This document shows positions 39,073 to 50,447 of a DNA stretch of 64,000 nt, piece by piece. The position numbers were made by a program, and so were the translations under genes. Numbering within the stretch: position 1 is the stretch's first letter; the number at the start of each line of letters is the position of its first letter. The notes under the pieces are model-generated. The model worked only from the letters and a program-made list of their open reading frames with translations. It did no database searches and was not told the origin of the DNA. The DNA is from a virus (lineage: Duplodnaviria > Caudoviricetes), in the IMG/VR virus record IMGVR_UViG_2660238657_000001, positions 1 through 64,000 of that record; one strand, 5' to 3'.

Positions 39073-41256
39073 TTAATTCATCTTTATTAATAGATCTTTA
39101 AGAAAGGTATTTCGTTGCAATTCAGCACTGTTTCTTAATGCACTATTAATTGTTTCTGGCAATGTAATATGCCATACCTTTTCTTTTGCTCTTGTAACCC
39201 CTACATATAATAAGTTTTTATTCAAGTTAAATTTGTGTGATGTAGGAGTTACTAATATCACATTCTTAACTCCACTTCCTTGACTTTTATGTACGGTCAT
39301 AGCATATGCTAATTGAATTTCATCTAATTTATCCTGTGTATATGTAACCATATCTTTTTTATACTGTACATATACATATTTGCTATCAATTTTTTTAATT
39401 TGACCAATATCACCATTTGTTATAACCACTTCATCAAAATTTTCATTCATGGCTTGATAATTGTTTTTTATTTGCATGACGATATCACCTTCTCTGAATA
39501 CTTTATATCCGTATATTCTATAATGTTTGTTTTCTGTATGAGGGTTAATTTCTTCTTGTATTCTTTGATTAATTTCAATAGCACCATTATCATTTATATT
39601 TTTAGCACTTAGTACCATAATATCTAAAGGATCATTTCCTTCCTTTAACAAGTTTTTATATATGCCTATTATATAATCCATCATATATTCATTTTGAGTT
39701 GGTATAATACAGTAATCCTTATGTATGCCAAATGTAACAATATCACCACATTGTTTGTTATCAATGTACTTTTCACCATTTCTTATTTTAGTAGCAACTT
39801 GTAATAATCCACCTTCCCCATATCTAAATACTTTGGTAAGTCTTGTAATAGGTAATATACCACTATTAATCATATCATAAGCACAGTTTCCGCAACTGAC
39901 ACTAGGTAATTGTGCATCATCTTGAACAAACAGTACCCTTGTACGTTTTAAATCAATTGCATCTAGTAAATGTTTCATTAAAGAAATATCAGTCATTCCA
40001 TTTTCATCAACAATAACTACATCACATTTTAGTTTGTTTTCTTTATTGTATATCCAACCCTTTTTAGGATTATATTCTAGCTTTCTATGTATAGTTCCTG
40101 CGTCCCTATTAGTAAATTCACTTAATACCATAGCTGATTTTCCTGTAGGTGTCATTAATATATATTCTAAGTCATTATCATCACATAGATTAATTATAGA
40201 TGATACTGTGGCTGACTTTCCTGATCCTGCATTTCCAACTAATAAACTTATATTATATTCACAAAAATTCTTTAATACTCCTTCTTGTTCTTTAGTTAAA
40301 TCCATGCCGTTGCTTTTATAGTATTTACTATAATCTATCAGTAATCGTTGAGAACTCTTATATAAAGTTATTAGACATTCAGCTATGTATTTTTCCGTTT
40401 GATAAGAATTTGTAAAAGCTATCCTTTTACTACTTCCTTCAACATATATATCTTTATCTTGCAATGCACTTACAAAATAATCATTCACTGATTCTTGACA
40501 TAAGTTATTACATTGTTGAAATAAATTATCTAATGATATCCATGTATTACCTTTTTTTTCATTTTCACTTAGTAAAAATTTAATACAAGCTCTCATTCTA
40601 TGTAAAGAGTTTTTTAAATTACTATCAGAGAAAGCAGATAATATTTTCTTATCTGCTTTTTTAAATGATATTCCACTAATCAAACATAGTGTTCCATATG
40701 GATCAATTGCCATCATTTCTTTAATTCTGTCAACTGATGTGAATTCTTTGTACATCTTTTTTGCTTCTGATAACGTTACTCCATAATCTGAAAATTCATT
40801 GACAAAATTCATCAATGGAAATGATTCAATTACTTTACGCTTAACGGAATCGAATGTCTTTTCTTTAATACCTTTGGTTTTGTTTAAATCTACATCGTCT
40901 AAGTCATCATTAATAATTTTATCAATTATATCTGGATATACGAACAACAATGTTTCAGCTTGTTTTACAGTTATTATTTCCTTTAAGAACTTTTTGATTG
41001 CTGTTTGAGTTGTTGGTTTGTCTCTTTCTATATTAATAACTTCATAACCCCATTTGTTTTCTATACCTTTTATTGAGTATTCTATTCCTAGTGTCAATTC
41101 AGGTAAATCACCTGAAATTGATACATTGCCATATTTATTATATTTTATTTCTTTATTATTTGTTGTAGGTGTTACTGCATATATCTTGAAATTGTTATTA
41201 TAACTACCAATTAATCTATCTATAACACCTTTAAATTCTATTTGTTTATCATTCAT
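39073..41256 (-). CDS. recD2: RecD2-like SF1B helicase
   Basis: HhH region KGIKEK; GNAGSGKS, PTGKSA, TIHR, VDE, QLPSV, YAMTVHKSQGS, YVGVTRAK. Confidence 0.92.
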   Translation of the reverse strand: MNDKQIEFKGVIDRLIGSYNNNFKIYAVTPTTNNKEIKYNKYGNVSISGDLPELTLGIEYSIKGIENKWGYEVINIERDKPTTQTAIKKFLKEIITVKQAETLLFVYPDIIDKIINDDLDDVDLNKTKGIKEKTFDSVKRKVIESFPLMNFVNEFSDYGVTLSEAKKMYKEFTSVDRIKEMMAIDPYGTLCLISGISFKKADKKILSAFSDSNLKNSLHRMRACIKFLLSENEKKGNTWISLDNLFQQCNNLCQESVNDYFVSALQDKDIYVEGSSKRIAFTNSYQTEKYIAECLITLYKSSQRLLIDYSKYYKSNGMDLTKEQEGVLKNFCEYNISLLVGNAGSGKSATVSSIINLCDDNDLEYILMTPTGKSAMVLSEFTNRDAGTIHRKLEYNPKKGWIYNKENKLKCDVVIVDENGMTDISLMKHLLDAIDLKRTRVLFVQDDAQLPSVSCGNCAYDMINSGILPITRLTKVFRYGEGGLLQVATKIRNGEKYIDNKQCGDIVTFGIHKDYCIIPTQNEYMMDYIIGIYKNLLKEGNDPLDIMVLSAKNINDNGAIEINQRIQEEINPHTENKHYRIYGYKVFREGDIVMQIKNNYQAMNENFDEVVITNGDIGQIKKIDSKYVYVQYKKDMVTYTQDKLDEIQLAYAMTVHKSQGSGVKNVILVTPTSHKFNLNKNLLYVGVTRAKEKVWHITLPETINSALRNSAELQRNTFLKDLLIKMN

Positions 41257-41269
41257 TTTCTCACCCTTT

Positions 41270-44200
41270 CTAGTTCAATACTTTTAGTGCCAATAATTTA
41301 TTTGATTTATTATTTTGATAAAATTCAGCTCTAAAAAATCCATTACCAACATAACCACTTAATGCTATCTTATCACCTCTTTTTAAATCAGAAGCGACAC
41401 TATTATATAAAATATCACCTAACTTAGCTATTACAATCCCACTATTAGTTAATAATACTATTTCACTATGTTTTTTAATTTTACCTGTCAATACTCCAAC
41501 AATAGTGTATAAATCTTTTTTCTTATAATAACCCACTTCATCCATGTTTAAATTAGGTATGTCTTTAAATTCATCTACATGATATTTTTCTGCTGAATCT
41601 TCTAGCCATGACTTAGAAAAATAAAAACTTGTACTTTCAAATTCCAAATCAGCCTCATTATTGTTCTTTACATAATCTAAATATGCATTGACTACTCTAC
41701 TTTTATTTATTAGTAAGGTATATTGGTCGCTATTTTCTTTTAAAACTTGTTTTAAATGTTTTAAATGTTTGTTATATTCAGATGTATATTTATTTTTGAT
41801 AATATTCAACTCATCATTTTCTATTTCAAAAGTATCATTGCTATAATTATTTTTAAAAGTCGTTATAATTTCATCATCTTTATATAAATTTAATTTGTTC
41901 TTCTTGCTTAATATCTTTTTATGCAAATCATATAATTGTTTTTCTTTGTAAAATTCTTTCATATCTATATCTGGATTATCAAATAACTCTGGAATTTGAG
42001 TAGTTGATACCTTTTGAATTAGTGATGTAACATTGTAAAAAACTTTCATTAATAAAAATTGTCTATCACATAACGTTGTACTATTTTCTTCAATTGGCAA
42101 CCCATCAAAACATCCGCTATTTATCAAACTAATTAAAGCTGACTTATCTATTTTTATTTCATCTTCAGCTATGTTGTTAACATTTTTGTTTATGAAGTCT
42201 TCAAATGATGTATATGGTCTTTTATTCATAATTTGCCTAGTTGTTGGTTCTCCTACATTGTATAATGACCCGATACCATAAAGTATTGAACCATTATATA
42301 CACTAAATCCTAAATCCGATTCATTAATATTAGGATGTACTACTTTAACACACAAGTCTTTGCATTGGGTTAGATATTGTGCTATTTCCATTCCATCTTT
42401 AGCATGACTTAATATTGTTTTCATAAAGTATGTAGGATAATGACATTTTAAATATGCGGTATAATAAGCTAACAATGCGTACGCTAATCCATGTGATTTA
42501 TTGAATCCATATAATGCAAAATCCTCCAAATCATCAAATACTTTTTTAGCTATTTTAATTTCTATCCCTTTATGTATTGCCCCTTCAATAACTACAGTAT
42601 ATTCAATATCATTTAAATACTCTTTAGCTAATTCATATGTAGTAGTACATCTTGTACCATCAATAGTAAATTCTACAAGACCATATATAAAATTATTTCT
42701 TTGTCCTAGTACATATTGTGCTTTCTTCTTTGCCATTCCTCTTCTTACAAGGTCGGCTTGTGAAAATGAAAATCCACCCATAGCCTGTAACACTTGCATA
42801 ACTTGTTCTTGATACACGCAGATTCCATATGTAGGTTTTAATATAGGCTCTAAAACTTCATGGTCGTATACTATTGGTTCTTTTCCTTCTTTTCTATTAA
42901 TAATATCATCTATGTACTTCATACTACCTGGTCTGTATGCTGATATGCCTAAGCATATATCTTCTATAGATTTAGGCTGTAACTTCATAAAGAATTTAGT
43001 CATATTGTAACTACCTAATTGAAATACACCATAGTACAAACCTTTTTTAAAAAACTCATATGTTTCTTTGTCATCTAATGGTATTTTTGTATATAGATCA
43101 TAAAAATCCATATCTGCCATTTTCATTACTTCATCTATGATTTGCAAAACAGTTGTACCTAATATATCACATTTAACCATTCCTAATTTCTCTGTAATAA
43201 CTTTATCAACTTGTAGCAATTGTTCATCATTATCTCCCTTTTTCATACCACAGTATTGGTATATAGGTTTAGAAGATATAACAACTCCACAATTATGTAC
43301 AATTATATTATTAACTGTATATGAATTATCATCTAATACACTTAAATTATATACTTCTTCAGTATTACTATTTTGATTTAAATATCTCAAAGGTGTCCAT
43401 ATGTAATCATCTTCATAAAAAGCATGTTCTTTTAATTTAATATGTTTTGAAAACTTACAATCATATTTTTCTTTTGAGTATACCTTACGACCTTCTATAA
43501 ACTCTATTCGTGGTTTTATTACTGTAAATCTACAATGTTTTTTATATACTTTATTAATACAAGCTGAAATACCTAACGCTAATTGTTTACTAACTGTTTT
43601 AAACCCATATATATCACATTTAGCATCATAGCTACCATCTGCACTTAAATAACCTTCTAAAAAAGACTCTAGTAAACTTACAGGTAAATCTAATATATCG
43701 TTTGTTAATCTTTTACCATAAGCGTATTTTCCAAACTGTTGAACATAATTATACAACTCTTTGTTTTTTATAAATATTTTATACGTAGTATTAGCTCTCT
43801 CATATCTATATTCAAATAACCCGTTTATATGATTTGTTATTTCATTTAATTCATTTGCACTGTTTTTATCACAACAAATAATAAATCGTTTTTGATTAGT
43901 ACCTTTGGGACATTCACACCATCCATCGCCCATATATCTTCCTATAATCCACCAAAAATTATTATTATCAAATGGCAAGTTAACATTGTATTTTGGTATA
44001 ATAGAATTTTTATTTATAGCTATTCCCATCATGTACTCATCATTTAATTCTTTAGCAACCTTCCATTCAGGTATTGTATAATTTCTAACGTGATTATTGA
44101 CTATCTTTTTTCTTACAAGAAATGGGTGGTTTCCTGTAGTTGTAATAGGCAATGTATTAGCTATGGATAATGTATAAATATCATCGCTTGTCCTTTTCAT

Positions 44201-45868
44201 TGTCTTAACTACTCTTTTAAATTTATTTGTGTGAGTTAAAACCACATCACCAATTGATATGTCTTTGATTTGCTTATACCCGTTGTTAGTCATGACCAAT
44301 TCATTACCTAAAAAACACGCATTAGTAGATGTTGTTTTTACCTTACCCTCAAATGCTTTTGCTAAAGATAACATCTCTGGATAATTATTTAGTAAGTCTA
44401 TTAATTTTTTATTGCTTTTAGCATTTTGAATAGAGTCTTCAATAGTGTCATCTTGCATAAACTCTTTAATTGCATTTACATCTTTGATTGGAACTTTGGT
44501 CATTTTACCTGCATCTTGTATTGCAACCTTTGGAGTGTATTTAGAGAAGTTAATAATTTGTGCTACATAGTTTTCACCATATGTACGTTGTAAATATTTA
44601 AATACTTCTTCACGTCGTTCAGAACTGAAATCACTATCTATGTCAGGTAAACTAACTCTTTCAGGATTTAAATATCTTTCAAAAAGCAAGTCATATTTCA
44701 ATGGATTTATATTAGTTATTTTTAATAAATATGCGATTAATGAACCTCCTGCTGATCCTCTTGCGGGAGCAGTAGGAATCCTTTGATTGACTGCCCATTG
44801 CATATAATCAGCAACTATTAAATGATATGATATGTATTCCATTTGTTTGATTACATTATATTCATGCAAAACTCTTTGTTTATAATCTTGTTCTGTATGT
44901 AATAGGTCATTTTTAATTTGTTCATCCATGTTTCTGTCTTTCCAACCCTTAGTTATTAAAGCCATAAAATACTCTTCTTCTGACTTATATTCGTTAGGTA
45001 TTTTAACTTCAGGTAATACTGGTTCGTGAAATTGAATAGTTCCATTACATATATCAGCAATTTTATTTGTATTTTGTAAGCCAATAGTAATTTCATCTTC
45101 TGTTAGTTCTGATTTAAACATAATTTCATACATTTCATCAGTAGAATGGATATAACAATCATCATAAATTTCACCTGTAGTTGTTACATCTGCATTCTTT
45201 CTATTTACATTTACAAAGTTAGCATGGTTTTCTTTGTCCTCCTTTTTAACATAATGGCTATCACTTGTAATTATATATGGTATATTAGTATCATAATGTA
45301 ATTTCATCAATCTTTTATTAGCTTTTATTTGATCTTCAGAAGTATGTGCTTGTAATTCTAAATAAAAATTATCACTAAATATTTCTTTGTACTCTAATGC
45401 ATATTGTTTAGCTTGTTCATATGTTGTTGCCTTGTTAATTTTACCTGCCAAACAGGCACTACCAATAATTAAATCATCTTTAAACTCTTTTAATTGATTT
45501 AAGTCTATTCTAGGTTTAAAATATTTACCTTCAAATTCCCCCATGGTAGTTAATCTATGCAAAGCTTGAATGCCACTTTGATTCTTAGCTATAGTGAGTA
45601 AATGAAAATACTTATTATTAGGGTCTTGTATTGTATGGTCGTATGCTTCATATAATTCTATTCCATATAATATTTTAGTGTTATATTTCTCTTGCAGTTC
45701 AGCAAAATAGTATAATGCATATTCGGTTCCATGATCTGTAATTGCATATGACTTTATATTTAACTCATCACATCTATCTAGTATTTCTTTTGGTGTTCCC
45801 ATTCCATCCATTAAACTACCTATTGTATTATGATTATGTAATTCTGAATGATACTTAACCCTTTCCAT
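41270..45868 (-). CDS. dnaE: DNA polymerase III alpha subunit (DnaE-type) containing an intein
   Basis: PHP domain (ELHNH, AITDHG), RGSAGGSL, PDIDSDF, YQEQVM, GFNKSH. Confidence 0.95.
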   Translation of the reverse strand: MERVKYHSELHNHNTIGSLMDGMGTPKEILDRCDELNIKSYAITDHGTEYALYYFAELQEKYNTKILYGIELYEAYDHTIQDPNNKYFHLLTIAKNQSGIQALHRLTTMGEFEGKYFKPRIDLNQLKEFKDDLIIGSACLAGKINKATTYEQAKQYALEYKEIFSDNFYLELQAHTSEDQIKANKRLMKLHYDTNIPYIITSDSHYVKKEDKENHANFVNVNRKNADVTTTGEIYDDCYIHSTDEMYEIMFKSELTEDEITIGLQNTNKIADICNGTIQFHEPVLPEVKIPNEYKSEEEYFMALITKGWKDRNMDEQIKNDLLHTEQDYKQRVLHEYNVIKQMEYISYHLIVADYMQWAVNQRIPTAPARGSAGGSLIAYLLKITNINPLKYDLLFERYLNPERVSLPDIDSDFSSERREEVFKYLQRTYGENYVAQIINFSKYTPKVAIQDAGKMTKVPIKDVNAIKEFMQDDTIEDSIQNAKSNKKLIDLLNNYPEMLSLAKAFEGKVKTTSTNACFLGNELVMTNNGYKQIKDISIGDVVLTHTNKFKRVVKTMKRTSDDIYTLSIANTLPITTTGNHPFLVRKKIVNNHVRNYTIPEWKVAKELNDEYMMGIAINKNSIIPKYNVNLPFDNNNFWWIIGRYMGDGWCECPKGTNQKRFIICCDKNSANELNEITNHINGLFEYRYERANTTYKIFIKNKELYNYVQQFGKYAYGKRLTNDILDLPVSLLESFLEGYLSADGSYDAKCDIYGFKTVSKQLALGISACINKVYKKHCRFTVIKPRIEFIEGRKVYSKEKYDCKFSKHIKLKEHAFYEDDYIWTPLRYLNQNSNTEEVYNLSVLDDNSYTVNNIIVHNCGVVISSKPIYQYCGMKKGDNDEQLLQVDKVITEKLGMVKCDILGTTVLQIIDEVMKMADMDFYDLYTKIPLDDKETYEFFKKGLYYGVFQLGSYNMTKFFMKLQPKSIEDICLGISAYRPGSMKYIDDIINRKEGKEPIVYDHEVLEPILKPTYGICVYQEQVMQVLQAMGGFSFSQADLVRRGMAKKKAQYVLGQRNNFIYGLVEFTIDGTRCTTTYELAKEYLNDIEYTVVIEGAIHKGIEIKIAKKVFDDLEDFALYGFNKSHGLAYALLAYYTAYLKCHYPTYFMKTILSHAKDGMEIAQYLTQCKDLCVKVVHPNINESDLGFSVYNGSILYGIGSLYNVGEPTTRQIMNKRPYTSFEDFINKNVNNIAEDEIKIDKSALISLINSGCFDGLPIEENSTTLCDRQFLLMKVFYNVTSLIQKVSTTQIPELFDNPDIDMKEFYKEKQLYDLHKKILSKKNKLNLYKDDEIITTFKNNYSNDTFEIENDELNIIKNKYTSEYNKHLKHLKQVLKENSDQYTLLINKSRVVNAYLDYVKNNNEADLEFESTSFYFSKSWLEDSAEKYHVDEFKDIPNLNMDEVGYYKKKDLYTIVGVLTGKIKKHSEIVLLTNSGIVIAKLGDILYNSVASDLKRGDKIALSGYVGNGFFRAEFYQNNKSNKLLALKVLN
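43292..44317 (-). mobile_element. LAGLIDADG intein (342 aa) in DnaE
   Basis: A|CFLGNELV start, TTGNHPF block B, IIGRYMGDG and FLEGYLSADG, VYNLSV...IIVHN|C end. Confidence 0.93.
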
Positions 45869-45885
45869 GTAATCCCTCCCTACCG

Positions 45886-47061
45886 TTATTTTTTAAATAA
45901 ACTATCAATATCCATAGAAATTTTATTTTTTAACTTACTATCTATATCTTTTGTTTTCTGTTCTTTTTTAAATTTATTTGCGTTTTCCTTTTTGTACTTT
46001 AATAAATGAATACAATCTGGTCTACCACATAGATTAAAGCAAAAATAATTATCATCATTGGTTATTTGTTTTGGAGGAAAATTATTTACATTGGTTTGTG
46101 TATTTTCAATTTCTTTTACAGTATTTTTAATCCAATTATTACACTCTTCTAATATTTCATCATCAAATTCGTATTCTAAGAAACAATCTTCAATCCAGTA
46201 TTTATTTTTTAATTCATTTGATAATGATGATAAATCATTATTATTGACCATTTTACCTACTGTTAGTTCGGCTTCTATGGTATCATATCCCATTTTAATA
46301 TATTCATCGACTAATCTCTTTTTTAAGAATTTAACTCCATCTTTTCTTTGCTGTAGAGATTTTTTTGTTTTCGGAGGATTGGCTTTACTACCTTTTGTCT
46401 TATAACATGAATATATATATTTAAGCATTGTCCATCCTACCTTAGATACTGGAACACCCGTCATTTGTTCCACTCCTAACTTATATATAATTAATTGTCG
46501 TCCTTTGTCCAATAATTCCTTTTTAGTGAATTTGGAGCTTGTCTTCCAGTCATTAATTATTACAGATTTAAACTCGCCATTTTCATATATAGGCATAATA
46601 CTATCTACATACATCTGTATCCATATGTAATCTTCATCACCTTTTGGATTTTCAATTTTAGGTATTTTATATAATACGAATTGTTCTGTTTGCATTTGAG
46701 TATTTAAAATTTTATAATTATCAAAAAAATGATTCATATTTTTAATATAATTAATTTTAGTTGTAGGAGGATTTGAGGGAAATTTAATTCCTTTGTCCTC
46801 ACATTCTTTAATTGTGTTATTGAAATTTTTCTTAGCCTGTCTTAAAGTTTGTTCATTGTGATATATTTTTTCAAGGTCATCATGAACAACTGTACCAATT
46901 GAGTTATAGATATTATCTTTTGACCTACTATGTAATATGTACGCTTGATAATAATTATATTTACATCCATGCCATGAGCATAATTTAGAATATGAATAAA
47001 CGGGTATTCCCTTATCAAATAACTCTTGTAACTTTGGATTTCTTTTGCGTTCTGTCATCAA
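45886..47061 (-). CDS. PD-(D/E)XK exonuclease, AddB/Cas4-like
   Basis: YSYSKL....C.Y.Y, GTVVH, VD...NDWKT, QLIIY, C-terminal C...C....C. Confidence 0.8.
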   Translation of the reverse strand: MMTERKRNPKLQELFDKGIPVYSYSKLCSWHGCKYNYYQAYILHSRSKDNIYNSIGTVVHDDLEKIYHNEQTLRQAKKNFNNTIKECEDKGIKFPSNPPTTKINYIKNMNHFFDNYKILNTQMQTEQFVLYKIPKIENPKGDEDYIWIQMYVDSIMPIYENGEFKSVIINDWKTSSKFTKKELLDKGRQLIIYKLGVEQMTGVPVSKVGWTMLKYIYSCYKTKGSKANPPKTKKSLQQRKDGVKFLKKRLVDEYIKMGYDTIEAELTVGKMVNNNDLSSLSNELKNKYWIEDCFLEYEFDDEILEECNNWIKNTVKEIENTQTNVNNFPPKQITNDDNYFCFNLCGRPDCIHLLKYKKENANKFKKEQKTKDIDSKLKNKISMDIDSLFKK

Positions 47062-47077
47062 ATCATCCTTTCTATTA

Positions 47078-48154
47078 TTAATTAATCCATTCTATATTTG
47101 AATCTTCTATACATTTATCCCATATTTCTTTTCCTCTATCTGTGGGACTTTCTTTGCATTTTAATATTCCTTCTGTCTTAACAAATCCCACTCTGCCACC
47201 TAATAATGAACTTGTTGTTAATAGTTTCTTACATTGTTCAGCATTGAAGCTATTTGGAATGTCATTGTCCATACAAGTAACTATATCAACTCCTAAGCTT
47301 AATAAAATTTCTCTTTGTACATCTGATGATGATAAATCATGAGAACCTAATGCAACTACATTTCTAACTCCATAACTTACTGCTTGTAAAACAAATTTTT
47401 CTGACTCTCCAATATATACCCTACCTTTTTGTAAAATATATTTATAATTTTGATATAATCCATATATTGTTTGACTTTTGGGAAACTGTAAATTTTCTAA
47501 TGGTAGCCACTTACTAATATTGTTTTGTGTGCAAAATTCTGCACTTTCATTGTATCTACCCATAATTCCTATAATTTCACCTGTCCAATGATGTCTCCAA
47601 GGAACTACTATTCTATTACTTATAGGATCATACATAATATTAAACTCAGTTTGAACTTCATAATTAATATAATCTTTGGCAAACATTATATTACCTTTAT
47701 TGATAAAGTATTCTAATATATCTTCACTATGTACTTGTAATTTTATTGGTGGCAATGTATTATTTTGTTTTTTAATATCCCTATAAAAGCCTCCAAATGC
47801 TTTTCTTTTAGGTTTGTTATTTTGAGGATTAGTTTTAATATTATAATATTTAATTCCTATAGCATTACAACATATCTTCATGGCTTCTGATAACTTACAT
47901 TGTTTTAATTCCATTATCAATGTAAATATATCTCCTGAAATCGGTACTAAATCATAAATTTTACTTGTCAAATTGTCATTGAACTTTACAACTACTCTTG
48001 TATTGTTAGGGTCATCACAATTTTTAGCACATCTATATTCATTCCTATGAGGTGTTAATCTATCACATCCTATATATTCTAATATTTTTCTTATATTGTC
48101 TGTATCTTCTAGTATAGTTTCTTTTAATTTTTTTATATCAAAAATTTTCAACAC
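47078..48154 (-). CDS. DNA primase (DnaG-like, TOPRIM)
   Basis: GDIF, RIVVP, IIGIMGR, YGL, IGESEK, MDND; adjacent to the helicase. Confidence 0.8.
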   Translation of the reverse strand: MLKIFDIKKLKETILEDTDNIRKILEYIGCDRLTPHRNEYRCAKNCDDPNNTRVVVKFNDNLTSKIYDLVPISGDIFTLIMELKQCKLSEAMKICCNAIGIKYYNIKTNPQNNKPKRKAFGGFYRDIKKQNNTLPPIKLQVHSEDILEYFINKGNIMFAKDYINYEVQTEFNIMYDPISNRIVVPWRHHWTGEIIGIMGRYNESAEFCTQNNISKWLPLENLQFPKSQTIYGLYQNYKYILQKGRVYIGESEKFVLQAVSYGVRNVVALGSHDLSSSDVQREILLSLGVDIVTCMDNDIPNSFNAEQCKKLLTTSSLLGGRVGFVKTEGILKCKESPTDRGKEIWDKCIEDSNIEWIN

Positions 48155-48177
48155 CTCCTTTTAACACCTCATATTAT

Positions 48178-49761
48178 TTAATAATCTTGTGTAACAGTAC
48201 AATACCCTAAACACTTCCAATAGTTAAAATCTAAATTAACTTCAAAAATTAATTGAAAATCGGCTTTCCCATATCTATTTTTATCAAAAAACATTATTAC
48301 ATAGTTTCTTGTTTTATCTAAAACAAAATGCTCCTTTTGTCCTGTTTGCTTATTGTATTTGTATGGATTTATAAAATGTTTACTCTTTTCATCTATTTCA
48401 TCTTGCCATATCTTTCTCATCATTAAATGTTGCCCACATACTTCTTTAATTGCTTTTGCTTTTGCTAATGCTTGGATATCCAAATACCTTTGTCTTATTG
48501 AAGAACCTGCCAATTGTGCAGTAGCTATAAATCTAATATTCAATCCACCCATCTCTTTTGGTTTTACTACGCTAAATAATTCTTTGGATTCTTCAGTAAA
48601 TATTGCATGAGCGTTACTACTTGATTCATCTCCTGGTTTCCAAGTATCTAATATAAAAGTAGTTTCTTCATCTAACCTCATCATTTTTTTTAATATTTTC
48701 TTTAATGTTTTTACTGAATAGTCTTCTAACGGATATAATATTAAATTTCCTTCATGGCTATCTAACCACTCAGCACCTTTTGTAAGTCTTTCCATTTCAT
48801 CATCTGTAAACCCACCTGCTCCTAATCTATTTCTTTGAATACCTTTAATTCCTTTTCCTGCGTATCCATTGCTAAGTACAGATGGTATTAACATACTTCG
48901 CCATGCATCTTCTGATTGTTCATTAATCAACAATACAACTTTCATATCTCTTTTTAATAACGGTAATATGTATAACGGTATGATACTACTTGATTTACCA
49001 ACTCCCGAATGAGCTGTATGTAATAATATATTTCCTCTATGTAATCCATTTAACCTATAATTTAATATAGGTTCATCAATGTCAATTCCTCTTTCTAAAC
49101 CTTCATTTGCCTTTTTTAAAAATTCTATATTGTTTTTAGTCAAATCAACAGGTTTAACTGTACTTGATACTTTCAAAAATGTATCACTTACCATATAGTC
49201 ATGCCAATCAAAAACTTCACTAGCAGTCATTTGTTTAAATTTTTCTAAGTTATCTAACACATTAAACCCTTTGATATGTAATCTGTTAAGTGAATTATAT
49301 TTTAATAAAACATCTAAATAAGCATCAAAATTTTCTATATTAACTATTTTCAAATCATTAACTGTTCTAAACCCATCATATTCTTCAAATATTGTCTTTA
49401 AGGCTTCTTTACCATGTAAATATGTTTGTAGTGCTACATTATCTATCTCTTTTACACCTGCTTTAGTAATCTCTAAGCCTATTCTATAAAACAATCTTCC
49501 TTCTTCCGTAAGGAAATCTCTTTCTGTTAGTTTTTCTTTATACTCTAAAAACAGTTCATTTTCTTTCAGTAAGCACCCTACAACATTTCCTTCAATAATT
49601 CCTCGATCTTTCAGTAATTCAAATGGCAATATATTTGCTACATTGTCTAAAAATTTAATTCCTAATTCTTTTAATTGTTTGTCTTTGTGTTCTTGATATA
49701 TTTTTTTATATTGTTCTTGAACTTCTGCAAAAGATATTTCTGACATATATGAATTTGTCAC
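48178..49761 (-). CDS. Replicative DNA helicase, DnaB-like
   Basis: Walker A AHSGVGKSS, INE, ILD, AQL, KNRYG. Confidence 0.85.
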   Translation of the reverse strand: MTNSYMSEISFAEVQEQYKKIYQEHKDKQLKELGIKFLDNVANILPFELLKDRGIIEGNVVGCLLKENELFLEYKEKLTERDFLTEEGRLFYRIGLEITKAGVKEIDNVALQTYLHGKEALKTIFEEYDGFRTVNDLKIVNIENFDAYLDVLLKYNSLNRLHIKGFNVLDNLEKFKQMTASEVFDWHDYMVSDTFLKVSSTVKPVDLTKNNIEFLKKANEGLERGIDIDEPILNYRLNGLHRGNILLHTAHSGVGKSSSIIPLYILPLLKRDMKVVLLINEQSEDAWRSMLIPSVLSNGYAGKGIKGIQRNRLGAGGFTDDEMERLTKGAEWLDSHEGNLILYPLEDYSVKTLKKILKKMMRLDEETTFILDTWKPGDESSSNAHAIFTEESKELFSVVKPKEMGGLNIRFIATAQLAGSSIRQRYLDIQALAKAKAIKEVCGQHLMMRKIWQDEIDEKSKHFINPYKYNKQTGQKEHFVLDKTRNYVIMFFDKNRYGKADFQLIFEVNLDFNYWKCLGYCTVTQDY

Positions 49762-49767
49762 TCCTTT

Positions 49768-50385
49768 CTATAGTTCATCATCTTCAAGAAACTTAGATAT
49801 ACCTTTTTTACCTTTGTTTATTTTAATTTGTTTGTTTATTTGTATATTTATATTTTCTTCTTCAATTAAGTCATTTCTTTTTTCAATATTTTTAACTGAC
49901 TGATTACGTTGCATACCTATATAAATATCATTAATATTATTTTCTATAATAGCCATCATATAGTTAATTCTCTGATGTTCATTCTTAAATGATTTATTAC
50001 CAATAGACCATCTTATATCATCACCACAAGTTAAAAATGTATTTAAAATAACATCATATTTATAGCCTTCTTTTTGCTTGATGACTCGACCTACACCTCT
50101 TTGCATAACCGTTCCATTTCTTAAATCTTGTAATCTTGTTATTAAATACCTTGGCAATTGTTGTTCCTTTGTATAAGCTAAAACTCCTTTAATATGCTCA
50201 TAGAGTTCATCAAACCATTTTATTTCATTTTCCTTATATTCCATTAATTCATTGTAATCTTGTTCACATTTTTTATGTAAAAATATTTTAATAAGATTTC
50301 CTTTGGAATTTTGCTTAGATAAAATAATTGCTTCATCAATAGTTAAAAACTCATTGCAATATCTACATTTAACTTTTCTCGGCAT
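49768..50385 (-). CDS. Conserved phage replication-module protein (N-terminal Zn site)
   Basis: KCRYC...HKKC; NY.MAIIENNIND; directly upstream of the helicase. Confidence 0.6.
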   Translation of the reverse strand: MPRKVKCRYCNEFLTIDEAIILSKQNSKGNLIKIFLHKKCEQDYNELMEYKENEIKWFDELYEHIKGVLAYTKEQQLPRYLITRLQDLRNGTVMQRGVGRVIKQKEGYKYDVILNTFLTCGDDIRWSIGNKSFKNEHQRINYMMAIIENNINDIYIGMQRNQSVKNIEKRNDLIEEENINIQINKQIKINKGKKGISKFLEDDEL

Positions 50386-50413
50386 TTATTCACTTCCTTT
50401 ATTTTGAAAATCA

Positions 50414-50435
50414 AGAGGGTAAATTAATACCCTCT
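50414..50435. terminator. Stem-loop, possible terminator
   Basis: AGAGGGTA-N6-TACCCTCT. Confidence 0.5.
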
Positions 50436-50447
50436 ATTTTAATTTAT

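Noticed and set aside
45886-47061. Cas4-like nuclease suggesting a CRISPR-Cas locus
   Set aside because: It lies in the replication operon; no cas1/cas2 and no repeat-spacer array seen anywhere in the window.
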